Notes under the pieces: model-generated
The model's input: only the letters and a program-made list of their open reading frames with translations
Database searches by the model: none
What the model was told of the DNA's origin: nothing
Part shown: positions 42,960-50,605 of the stretch, piece by piece
Layout: every line of letters starts with the position of its first letter
Position numbering within the stretch: position 1 is the first letter of the stretch
Assembly (NCBI GenBank): GCA_022616195.1
Contig: JAKEFG010000014.1
Span: 1-61,204 of the forward strand
Length of the DNA stretch: 61,204 nt
Reading direction: 5' to 3'
DNA from: Candidatus Wolfebacteria bacterium
Lineage (GTDB): Bacteria > Patescibacteriota > Minisyncoccia > Phycocordibacterales > EsbW-18
Translations under genes and position numbers: made by a program

Positions 42960-43373
42960 TTACTCCTTCTTCGAGCGCTTCGCGCCGTAACGGCTCCGTG
43001 CCTGCTTACGCTTCCCCACGCCCTCCGCGTCAAGTTTGCCGCGGACAATGGTGTAGCGCACGTTAATATCCTTTACGCGTCCCGCGCGCACAAGCACAAC
43101 CGAGTGTTCCTGCAGATTGTGCCCCATGCCGGGAACGTATGCAGTTACTTCCATACCATTTGTAAGCCGCACACGAGCGATCTTACGCACCGCTGAGTTC
43201 GGCTTGCGAGGATTTGTAGTTGTTACTTTCGTACAAACACCTCGCTTGAATGGGGACACATAACGACTTGGGCGATTCTTGAGCGTATTAAAACCACGGC
43301 GAAGCGCCACCGCTTTTGACTTCTTGCGGGCTTGTTTTCTTCCTTTTCGCACCAGTTGATTGACGGTTGCCAT
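42960..43373 (-). CDS. rpsL: 30S ribosomal protein S12
   Basis: 137 aa with [12 protein letters not shown] and PKKPNSA-like RKPNSAVRK. Confidence 0.97.
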   Translation of the reverse strand: MATVNQLVRKGRKQARKKSKAVALRRGFNTLKNRPSRYVSPFKRGVCTKVTTTNPRKPNSAVRKIARVRLTNGMEVTAYVPGMGHNLQEHSVVLVRAGRVKDINVRYTIVRGKLDAEGVGKRKQARSRYGAKRSKKE

Positions 43374-43382
43374 ACTCCAGAC

Positions 43383-43418
43383 ACTAGTTATTAGGCGCTA
43401 GGCACTAGGCCTAACGCC
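43383..43418. repeat. Heptanucleotide stop array upstream of rpsL
   Basis: TAG starts at 43385, 43392, 43399 and 43406. TAA starts at 43412. Confidence 0.85.
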
Positions 43419-43486
43419 AAGCCGATACATCTTACCCAAAGAAAACAGAAAACGCAAGGTCCTCTGATAGAGAGCGGGTAAAAAAG

Positions 43487-43903
43487 TTACTCAAGTGTCC
43501 GGTAGTACTCTTGAATAACCCGTACCACCTCGGAATCACCACGCAAATCCTCAACAATGACGACATGGTCGCGGTTGATGCGCATTTCGTCAACAGGCCC
43601 ATGGAGCTCGCCGCCAAATTTGACCAGATTAACATCCGGTTGCGGAGGCAGGGCGCCATTCTCCGACTGGACCGGCTGTATCGGCTGGCTCACCTGGAGA
43701 TAAAAGATGTCGCGCAGAACAATGAATTGTCTGTCACGCCCGGATAGTGTACCGAAATACACCTGATTATTATCAAGAAACACGGCTTGATACGTCCCCG
43801 CATCGGCGTCCGACGAAAAGGGAAGGACACCGGCGTCGTACAACAGGAACCCGCCGGCGGCAACTATCACGAGAATGAGCAAAACAAGTAATCCTTTAAA
43901 CAT
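43487..43903 (-). CDS. Hypothetical membrane-anchored protein
   Basis: 138 aa with an N-terminal TM segment (LLVLLILVIVAAGGFLL). I recognise no family. Confidence 0.5.
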   Translation of the reverse strand: MFKGLLVLLILVIVAAGGFLLYDAGVLPFSSDADAGTYQAVFLDNNQVYFGTLSGRDRQFIVLRDIFYLQVSQPIQPVQSENGALPPQPDVNLVKFGGELHGPVDEMRINRDHVVIVEDLRGDSEVVRVIQEYYRTLE

Positions 43904-43970
43904 AGTGCGGTTTCAGCATGAATTTTGTAATGGGGCTCATATATACCATGTCACATCACTTTCCAAAATG

Positions 43971-46900
43971 CTACGGAGTATCTGTGGACTCCGTGTCGGG
44001 TTCCGTGTCCGCCTCACTGTCCTCCTGCTGTGGTGCAGGTGCCGACTCGTCAGAATGGGGCAACGCCTCTTCAGATGTTTCCGGCTCCGACGTACCGATT
44101 GGCTCGGGTTCACTCGCCTCCGGTTCCCCCGCCGGCTCCTCTGACTCTTCCACGGCGCCGTCGGTGCCCCCAATTGATTTACCTATCTCTCCGCCGTCTT
44201 CACCGCCGTCCCCATCTTCAATTTCCGGAGTGGTCGTTCCCTTCCCGCCCTGCGGCTCTTCTGCTTCACCACCTCCGCCCGATGGCGTATCTTGACTCTC
44301 GCTCGCAGATGTTTCCCCCGCACTTGCCTCGCTGTCAGATACTTTCCCGCACTCGCCCGAGCGGGTGATCGTTGTACCCCCGCGTACCGAGAGACAGTAT
44401 GGCTCGCCGGTCCGCTCGTCGTAGAGCGTGATGCCGGAGGGCTTTTCGGAAGACCCGACCGTAAGCCGCTCCACAACAAGATTCACTGTGTTGGTAATGC
44501 CCGACCCGATTGCCGCGGCAAGTTGGTCAACCCGCTCCACAAGTTCCTGAATCGCCTGAATCAGGAGCGGTACGATGCTGATGTAGCGGACGCTGTTCGG
44601 CCGTCCCTCTCCGTCATAGCCGACAAGCTGCTCGTCAACCGAGTCAACTTCCTCCGCGATGAGTCCGTAGCGTGTGCCGGGAACCGCGTTGTACTCAAAC
44701 GACACCGGACGCAATTGCACCACCCGCGACAGCGCAAAATTCTCCGGAAGCGTTTCAATGTCATGCTTATACCGTTCGGAAGAGGCGAGGCATGTCTCGG
44801 CATCGGTATTCCGTGTAACTTCGCCCGCGCTCGAGAGACACAGCGACGCCGCGGCGGCTCCGGTATTGAGCGTCAGCCCCGAGAATGCAACCGTACCGCT
44901 CGCCGAGAGCGTGCGCCATGGCGAGCTGGTGCCGACGCCGACGTTCCCCGACGCATCAACAACTGAGAGTACCGTCCCAGAGTTATTCTGCCACTCCTGG
45001 AGATTGACGCTTTGCCCCGACTTGCCACGTACTCCCAACACCACGTCACTTGAAAGCCGTGGTTCTACCAAGAGACCCGGGGAATTTCCTGTTGCAGTCA
45101 GTAGTGTCACCCCCGCCGCCTGTACTGTTAGACCTTCGGAGAGAATCGCGGCACCGAAGCGGTCAATGGTTAATCCCTTGCCGCCACTCGAAAGAAGGGT
45201 GGCGACCGCTTCAGTACTATTGCTTTGAGTCACCTTAAGTGCTGTCTGTGACTCGCTCGACGGAATCACCACGTGAAGTTTCGCGGTCGGACTCGCGATG
45301 CCAATACCGACATTCCCACTAGCGTCAATGATAAATGGCGTGGAGTCGGAACTCGTGGCATCCTCTACCACAAACGAGGGTGCTGTTCCTGTATTGGTGA
45401 CGGAAAGTCTTGCCCAAGGTGAGGTCGTGCCGATGCCAAAGGTGCTATCTGTGAAACGTGCAACTTCAGCATTTGTTGACGAAAATACGGGAATACTTCC
45501 GTTATTTACTTCAAACCGATTACCTCCAAGCACTCCGATATAATTTCCAAATGCCGTCATTCGATAGTCACCAGCGTTACTAATGTCGGATGAGTCAATG
45601 GTGAGAACCGAGTTCCCACCAATTGCTACCGCAAGATGGTTATCTAAAATTTCAAAAAATCCCGTATCCCCATCGCCGAACGCAAGTGTGGGAGTAGTTG
45701 CATCATTTGATAACGGTAGAAGGAGTTGCGCTGTGGAGGACGCCGAAAGATTTAACGTCGCGTTGTTGTCATTCCACACAAAGTTGGCATCTCCACCGAA
45801 TGACCCACCATTGTTGTATTGTACATAGGTGTCGGCACCGCCCGGAGATGTTGTGAGTCCCAACGTTGACGTCGCCACCCACTGGATACCAGAACCCGTT
45901 GTTTGCAGAACTGAACCATTTGTTCCTAAACTCGCGCTGTTGTCGTACACCCCTCCCGTGAGCGCGAGATTTCCGCTTACTGAAAGCCTCGCAAACGGAG
46001 ACGTGGTGCCGATACCTACATTGACCGCATCAGCGCCCGTGCCCCCAAGCACCAATGAATTGGACGCGCCCACTTTCGCATTTTTTCCGATAGCGGTGGC
46101 ATTCGTGAAACCTGTGTTCAGAACGTCCGCATTATAGCCAACAAGCGTATTGTATGTACCGTCTACATTAGTGTTCCCTGCAAGAAACCCTACTCCTGTG
46201 TTGAACGAGCCCGAGTTGGTGCCAGTGAGCGCCTGCGCGCCGACGGCCGTGTTTTCATCACCCGTTGAAACATTAAACAACGAGGTATCACCCAGTGCGG
46301 TGTTATCAATTCCCGTTGTTAAAAACTTGCCCGCTGTCACGCCAAGTGCTACGTTGCTCTGACCGCTCGTGAGGCTTTGGAGCGTCTGATAGCCAATACC
46401 AATGTTGCCGAGCGTCCCGCTCATGGTGAAATTACCCGCATCTCTCCCCAGAAAGAGATTGGTGATATTGCCAAATGAATGAAGATACCTATTCAGCCCC
46501 ATGTACACGATGCCTTCGGTCGCGGTGGTCTGCGGCAACCCGAAGTTGCCCGAGATCGAGAGCTGCTGTGTCGGGTTCTCGATACCGATTCCCACACGCC
46601 CCGTCGATACATCTGCAAAAAGAAGTGGTGTTGAGGATGTACCAACGCGGACGTCGCCCCAGACGTCCAGAGGGGACGCAGGAGATGTGGTTCCAATACC
46701 GAGATTGCCCGAAAAGTAGCCTCCCCCAATCACCTCAAGTTTTTGATTGGTGGTTGTCGCCGAAGCGCCAATCAAAACTTGATTGGTCGTCGTCGCAAGG
46801 CGGACGCCGCTCTCGTTGAAAAACTCCCAACTCTCATCACCGCTCACAGCCGCCCACGAAAGCCCTCCAACACCATTCGTGGTGAGCGCCTGCCCGCTCG

Positions 46901-48014
46901 TCCCGTCGCTTCCCGGGAAGAGATACTCCACGCCGTTCAACGTCGTGGATGCAGAAACGGTGAGCGTGTCGGAAGAAAGCTCTCCGGAAAATGTTCCGTC
47001 AGTGCCTGATAGTGCACCAGTGAGTGTGCCTCCAGAAGTCGGAAGAAAATCGCCGGCGCCGGAACGATTTGAGGGTGAGCGAGCCGCACGGTCAATTCGT
47101 GGCGTGAGTTCATCCCTCAGAGCGTTCACCGCAGTCTCGACATCTAGAAGAGAAAGGCTGTCCGACACATTTGATACCACAACCGGAATCCGTTCAATAA
47201 TACGTTCAACAACCCATGGGGACATCCCTTGCGACTGGGGCGATGGAATAAATTCTTCTTGTTGTGCCATCCGCTCCTTCGCTTCTTCAACCACGTCCTC
47301 GTCTATGACAAGCGCCGTGTTCTCGTCTCTGCAGCCCGCGCCTCTCGGTACAATTGGACAGAGTGTATAGTACAAAGACCGTGCGAATACACGCACTGGG
47401 TCAAAAATGCTCCACACATTTGCAACACCTACGTTGGGCAACCTTTCACCAAGTCGACGGATTGTCCTTTCCGAACCGTTGAGCCCGTCATCAACGAACG
47501 TACTCAACCCGCTCCACGCAGAACCAATCATATTACGAACATCATATGTTGCCACCGATACATCAAGAGTATGACGGAACATGTACCCTGATATTACAAG
47601 TCCGGCAATTAAGAGTGACACGGCAACACGAAGTGCACCTCGCGTTACTCTTTTGTTTCGCGACGACTGAGACGAAAGAATCCTCACCCGCCGAAGGTAA
47701 GGAAAGTCTTCGTTGCTTCCGGTGCCGCGCGGTTCTATTGTTGACTCACTTCTTGAGAAAGGCTTGCGCGGTGGTGGCGAGAAGTCCTCGCGGGTGGTGA
47801 GTGGCTGTGTCTCGGTCTCTCTGTTAGATGCATGCTCTGCAACATATGCCCTGGTACTTTCTTCATCAACAAAACGCAGTTTCCCGATGAGCTTAGAGCG
47901 AATCTTGCCCGCCCGGGCGAGCTGCCCGATATAATCGCTTGTATAGCCGCTTATCTCGGCTGCTCGCCGAGACGAGATATACGTCTTCCCGTTAAATTCA
48001 ATACCGTCTGTCAT
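43971..48014 (-). CDS. Giant surface protein: N-terminal HTH, one TM segment, tail-fibre-like repeat region, S74 intramolecular-chaperone domain, acidic tail
   Basis: 1347 aa. The excisionase/MerR-like HTH is TYISSRRAAEISGYTSDYIGQLARAGKIRSKLIGKLRFVDE. The TM segment is ALRVAVSLLIAGLVISGYMF. The motif (N/F)(V/L/G)GIGT(T/S)SP recurs 5 times. The S74-like segment is SSERYKHDIE...YGLIAEEV...ISIVPLLIQAIQEL, at about nt 44500-44790. The tail is rich in Asp, Glu, Ser and Thr. Confidence 0.8.
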   Translation of the reverse strand: MTDGIEFNGKTYISSRRAAEISGYTSDYIGQLARAGKIRSKLIGKLRFVDEESTRAYVAEHASNRETETQPLTTREDFSPPPRKPFSRSESTIEPRGTGSNEDFPYLRRVRILSSQSSRNKRVTRGALRVAVSLLIAGLVISGYMFRHTLDVSVATYDVRNMIGSAWSGLSTFVDDGLNGSERTIRRLGERLPNVGVANVWSIFDPVRVFARSLYYTLCPIVPRGAGCRDENTALVIDEDVVEEAKERMAQQEEFIPSPQSQGMSPWVVERIIERIPVVVSNVSDSLSLLDVETAVNALRDELTPRIDRAARSPSNRSGAGDFLPTSGGTLTGALSGTDGTFSGELSSDTLTVSASTTLNGVEYLFPGSDGTSGQALTTNGVGGLSWAAVSGDESWEFFNESGVRLATTTNQVLIGASATTTNQKLEVIGGGYFSGNLGIGTTSPASPLDVWGDVRVGTSSTPLLFADVSTGRVGIGIENPTQQLSISGNFGLPQTTATEGIVYMGLNRYLHSFGNITNLFLGRDAGNFTMSGTLGNIGIGYQTLQSLTSGQSNVALGVTAGKFLTTGIDNTALGDTSLFNVSTGDENTAVGAQALTGTNSGSFNTGVGFLAGNTNVDGTYNTLVGYNADVLNTGFTNATAIGKNAKVGASNSLVLGGTGADAVNVGIGTTSPFARLSVSGNLALTGGVYDNSASLGTNGSVLQTTGSGIQWVATSTLGLTTSPGGADTYVQYNNGGSFGGDANFVWNDNNATLNLSASSTAQLLLPLSNDATTPTLAFGDGDTGFFEILDNHLAVAIGGNSVLTIDSSDISNAGDYRMTAFGNYIGVLGGNRFEVNNGSIPVFSSTNAEVARFTDSTFGIGTTSPWARLSVTNTGTAPSFVVEDATSSDSTPFIIDASGNVGIGIASPTAKLHVVIPSSESQTALKVTQSNSTEAVATLLSSGGKGLTIDRFGAAILSEGLTVQAAGVTLLTATGNSPGLLVEPRLSSDVVLGVRGKSGQSVNLQEWQNNSGTVLSVVDASGNVGVGTSSPWRTLSASGTVAFSGLTLNTGAAAASLCLSSAGEVTRNTDAETCLASSERYKHDIETLPENFALSRVVQLRPVSFEYNAVPGTRYGLIAEEVDSVDEQLVGYDGEGRPNSVRYISIVPLLIQAIQELVERVDQLAAAIGSGITNTVNLVVERLTVGSSEKPSGITLYDERTGEPYCLSVRGGTTITRSGECGKVSDSEASAGETSASESQDTPSGGGGEAEEPQGGKGTTTPEIEDGDGGEDGGEIGKSIGGTDGAVEESEEPAGEPEASEPEPIGTSEPETSEEALPHSDESAPAPQQEDSEADTEPDTESTDTP

Positions 48015-48120
48015 GGTTCAATACCCCCATTCTAAACAAAACCACGAAAAAAAGTAGTCAATCGGGCCAATACTGTGCATATCTCGTCTAGACGAGATGC
48101 GAGAAAATCTCAAAATAGGC

Positions 48121-48720
48121 CTAAAAACCTGTGCCTGTGATAAGAGAAAACAAAAAACTGATCACGGGCACGATAAGCCGCCACAGGAAAAGAATAAAGA
48201 GTAGGACCACGATAAGCCCGTAACGCTCAAGAAACGCTCTGACCGCGCCGTAACGGTACGGCAGAAGCGCAAAGAGAATCTTAGAACCGTCCAGGGGCGG
48301 GATGGGAACGAGGTTGAAAACTGCGAGCACGATGTTGATGAGCACCACGAACGAGAGAATTTCAAGAAGTGTCCCGCTCACCGGCGTCAGGCGCATGATA
48401 AAACCAAAGATGAGCGCGAAGACGATGTTTGATGCCGGGCCCGCCGCCGCGACAAGCGCTTCTCCCCATTTTTGATTGCGAAGGTTATAGGGATTATACG
48501 GCACTGGCTTCGCCCACCCGAAAATAAACCCGCCGGCAAACCAGGTGATGAGCGGAACAAGGACAGAACCCATGGGATCAAGATGCCGCAGCGGATTCAA
48601 GGTGAGCCGCCCTTGCAGACGCGCAGTAGGATCGCCAAGCGCCTCCGCCGCATAGCCGTGGCTTACTTCGTGAATCACCACCGAGAGAATAAGAACAATG
48701 ATGCCGAATACAATTTCCAT
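48121..48720 (-). CDS. Site-2 protease family zinc metalloprotease (M50)
   Basis: 199 aa, polytopic, with the HEVSHG zinc motif and the NLVPIPPLDG motif. Confidence 0.85.
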   Translation of the reverse strand: MEIVFGIIVLILSVVIHEVSHGYAAEALGDPTARLQGRLTLNPLRHLDPMGSVLVPLITWFAGGFIFGWAKPVPYNPYNLRNQKWGEALVAAAGPASNIVFALIFGFIMRLTPVSGTLLEILSFVVLINIVLAVFNLVPIPPLDGSKILFALLPYRYGAVRAFLERYGLIVVLLFILFLWRLIVPVISFLFSLITGTGF

Positions 48721-48730
48721 GTGTGTAAAT

Positions 48731-48757
48731 CCGAAATTCGAATATCGAAATTCGAAA
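48731..48757. repeat. TTCG/CGAA heptad array downstream of the four-helix-bundle gene
   Basis: The sequence is CGAAATT CGAATAT CGAAATT CGAAACA. CG starts at 48732, 48739, 48746 and 48753. Confidence 0.75.
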
Positions 48758-48771
48758 CAAAGACTATAATA

Positions 48772-49140
48772 CTACTCCGACTTTCTCATGATAACACTAA
48801 ATATCTTCATAAGCTCGGTCGCCTCTTGTACCAGAAAACCTCTTTCTTGTTCAAGGGCTTGGGCACCACCTGTGTCGACAAGTCGCAACCAATGCACACT
48901 TTCTTTCGATTCCTTTCGGCAAATTCGTATACGATGCACGAAGTCCTTTTTACTCAACGACTCGTTCGCTTCGATATAATTCGCACCAACGGAACCAGAT
49001 GAACGAACGAGTTGTTTGCCATCTTCAATGTTCCCGATATTCTTTGGAAGTTTCTTAACAAAAGTTCTCACGTCCTGACCGAACCAAAATGTCCGTTCTT
49101 CAAGGTCATATCGTTTGGTGTTGTGTACCTTATTGGTCAT
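48772..49140 (-). CDS. Four-helix-bundle protein (23S rRNA intervening-sequence protein family, Avd-like)
   Basis: 122 aa with QLVRSSGSVGANYIEANESLSKKDFVHRIRICRKESKES, which is characteristic of the family. Confidence 0.85.
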   Translation of the reverse strand: MTNKVHNTKRYDLEERTFWFGQDVRTFVKKLPKNIGNIEDGKQLVRSSGSVGANYIEANESLSKKDFVHRIRICRKESKESVHWLRLVDTGGAQALEQERGFLVQEATELMKIFSVIMRKSE

Positions 49141-49146
49141 TCGGGT

Positions 49147-49178
49147 TTGTTTCGTGCTTCGGATTTCGTGCTTCGTGC
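49147..49178. repeat. TTCG heptad array upstream of the four-helix-bundle gene, inverted relative to 48731-48757
   Basis: The sequence is TTTGTTTCG TGCTTCG GATTTCG TGCTTCG TGCTT. CG starts at 49153, 49160, 49167 and 49174. Confidence 0.75.
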
Positions 49179-49226
49179 TTAGGGCACTTGCCGGCAGTGT
49201 CTTTGTATGCTAGCATAGTGGGCACT

Positions 49227-49469
49227 ATGGCAAAAGAATGTGCAGTAACCGGCAAATCATCACAAGTGGCGGGCGGGTACAGCAATCGCACGCGCGCAAC
49301 GCAGTTCAACCCGACTGGCAAGCGCCGTCAGCGTTCAAACATCCAAAGACGAAGAATCTATATCCCCGAGCTCGGTAAAAATGTTTCCGTCAACCTCTCG
49401 GCAAAGGGACTCAAAATCATACAAAAGAAAGGTCCATACAAAGCGCTCAAGGACGCAGGAGTTATTTAG
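49227..49469 (+). CDS. rpmB: 50S ribosomal protein L28
   Basis: MAKECAVTGKSSQVAGGYSNRTRATQFNPTGKRRQRSNIQ is a typical L28 N-terminus. I chose the ATG at 49227 as the start. Confidence 0.9.
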   Translation: MAKECAVTGKSSQVAGGYSNRTRATQFNPTGKRRQRSNIQRRRIYIPELGKNVSVNLSAKGLKIIQKKGPYKALKDAGVI

Positions 49470-49500
49470 CATCTAGCTCCTAGCGACTAGGCGCTAGCCG
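49466..49500. repeat. Heptanucleotide stop array beginning with the rpmB stop codon
   Basis: TAG starts at 49467 (the rpmB stop), 49474, 49481, 49488 and 49495. Confidence 0.9.
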
Positions 49501-49510
49501 ACCATATACC

Positions 49511-49539
49511 AAACTCTAGCGATTAATCGCTAGAGTTTT
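49511..49539. terminator. Bidirectional rho-independent terminator between convergent genes
   Basis: AAACTCTAGCG-ATTAAT-CGCTAGAGTTTT. It has an A-run on one side and a T-run on the other. Confidence 0.6.
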
Positions 49540-49553
49540 GTAAAGGGTGTCGC

Positions 49554-50432
49554 TCACCGAGCTCTGACTGTGTTGCCGTCAGATTCAAAGACAACTGTCC
49601 CCTCGTCGCAGGTGGAGAGTATTTTTGTATTGAGCTTCGTGAATATATCAATCACCTCCTGATGCGGATGTCCGTAGGAATTGTCACACCCAGCAGAAAT
49701 CACAACATAGTCGGGATCAACGACACCCACAAAGTGCTCCGAGTTTGATGTCCGCGAACCGTGGTGACCTGCTTTGAGCACATCACTCTCAAGCGACGGC
49801 CCGTCGCGAAGTATTAAATATTCTTCAATTGCCTGCGGCGCGTCCCCGGTGAGCATGAATTCCGTGTCACCGTAGACGAGTTGTGCGATAACCGAACCGG
49901 TGTTCGTTTCAACACCCGACACGTCGCGGTCGGGAAAGAGTATCCGCAGATACGCGCCGCCTCCTACATCAACTACCTGTCTGCGGCGCGCAAGAACGCG
50001 CTTTCCCTCCGGTTCTTCATCGGCAAGCCGCTCAAATTCTTCATACACTCCCGTGTCGTTCAGTACGCCCGGGTCAAGAATATGCGAGACGTTGTAGTCC
50101 TCCAGTACGTCTGCAAGTCCCCCGATGTGGTCCCGGTCGGGGTGCGTCGCAATCACAACATCAATAGAGCGGTCAAAGAACGGCATCACCCCACCGAGCT
50201 GGCGGAGCACCACATTTCCCGCTCCGCCGTCGATGAGCACTTGCCGACCCGAGGGGCTTTCTATAAAAATACTGTCGCCCTGCCCCACATCCAAAAACGC
50301 AACGGTGAGCGTATCGCGTGCCGTCTCCGCCGCAACCGCGTACCACACAACCACGTTCACCAACACGAGCACCAAGAGCACTAGCCATCTTATGTTGTTC
50401 CTCAATCCGTTCACACCAACAGTATAGCCCAC
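49554..50432 (-). CDS. ComEC/Rec2-related metallo-beta-lactamase-domain protein (stand-alone)
   Basis: 292 aa with an N-terminal TM segment, then VAFLDVGQGDSIFIE, HPDRDHIGG and GHHGS motifs. Confidence 0.8.
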   Translation of the reverse strand: MGYTVGVNGLRNNIRWLVLLVLVLVNVVVWYAVAAETARDTLTVAFLDVGQGDSIFIESPSGRQVLIDGGAGNVVLRQLGGVMPFFDRSIDVVIATHPDRDHIGGLADVLEDYNVSHILDPGVLNDTGVYEEFERLADEEPEGKRVLARRRQVVDVGGGAYLRILFPDRDVSGVETNTGSVIAQLVYGDTEFMLTGDAPQAIEEYLILRDGPSLESDVLKAGHHGSRTSNSEHFVGVVDPDYVVISAGCDNSYGHPHQEVIDIFTKLNTKILSTCDEGTVVFESDGNTVRAR

Positions 50433-50605
50433 CCCACCAAAACCAAACGAGGAGCATTGTTATATCGGTTAATTCTTACACCCATCCGCCTTTGGAGGAA
50501 ATTAACCGGTATGCAAAAACAAAGTTGTGTGTTTCAATGTTTTTTGCCGGGATTCCAACATCACATAGACATAAGCAGTGTTCCAAAAACCCGTACCCGA
50601 AGAAT

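Noticed and set aside
48772-49140. Diversity-generating retroelement, suggested by the Avd-like four-helix-bundle gene.
   Set aside because: I found no reverse transcriptase ORF and no template/variable repeat pair anywhere in the 61 kb. The gene alone is insufficient evidence.
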